DNA of 63,999 bases, the filler included, from Collodictyon triciliatum (Eukaryota): the NCBI GenBank assembly GCA_043381765.1. It is 12 parts of 12 records of this genome, joined end to end, with 100 filler letters (N's around TTAATTAATTAA, not from the genome) between each part and the next. Parts side by side here need not be neighbours in the genome. Positions count along the whole stretch, not along the records: positions 59,442 to 63,999 come from JBHJMP010005355.1; 11 more parts are not named here. The stretch is one strand, 5' to 3'. The notes beneath the pieces were generated by a model. That model was not told where the DNA came from and searched no databases. It saw only the letters and a program-made list of their open reading frames with translations. Position 1 is the stretch's first letter; every line of letters starts with the position of its first letter. Of this stretch, positions 63,947 to 63,999 are shown piece by piece. The position numbers and the translations under genes were made by a program.

Positions 63947-63999
63947 GTAAGCACAACAACACAATGCAACATCATATATCTGGTGTGGTTATCTACATA

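Overview
This is a eukaryotic, probably flagellated-protist, draft assembly and not a contiguous locus. Twelve unrelated contigs of about 5.3 kb, sorted by decreasing length, are joined by 100-nt N-spacers containing the six-frame-stop linker TTAATTAATTAA, so adjacency across a linker carries no meaning. The genetic code appears standard. Introns are spliceosomal, with weak splice signals and many microsatellites. Housekeeping genes are the 3' end of cytosolic leucyl-tRNA synthetase, eIF2-alpha with an N-terminal extension, VPS20/CHMP6, a WDR49-like WD40 gene, an IQ/Sfi1-like gene and a membrane alpha/beta hydrolase. There are also several decayed non-LTR (L1/Tx1-like) fragments and two tandem intronless HMG-box genes. 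The most notable content is a set of repeat-based, receptor-like genes. (i) Two paralogous signal-peptide proteins carry 7 or 21 highly regular WD40 repeats fused to a Cys-rich GCC2/GCC3 (ephrin-receptor-like) stalk, which suggests extracellular WD40 propellers with variable tip residues. (ii) A secreted or surface LRR gene has at least 13 consecutive repeats each encoded by an exactly 69-nt phase-1 exon, ending in an alternating A/B exon-pair amplification. (iii) An ARM-like+NACHT STAND NTPase has no C-terminal sensor. (iv) A CH-like/DUF4062/NACHT pseudogene shows a CpG-decay signature. All family assignments come from motif recognition by eye; no searches were run.
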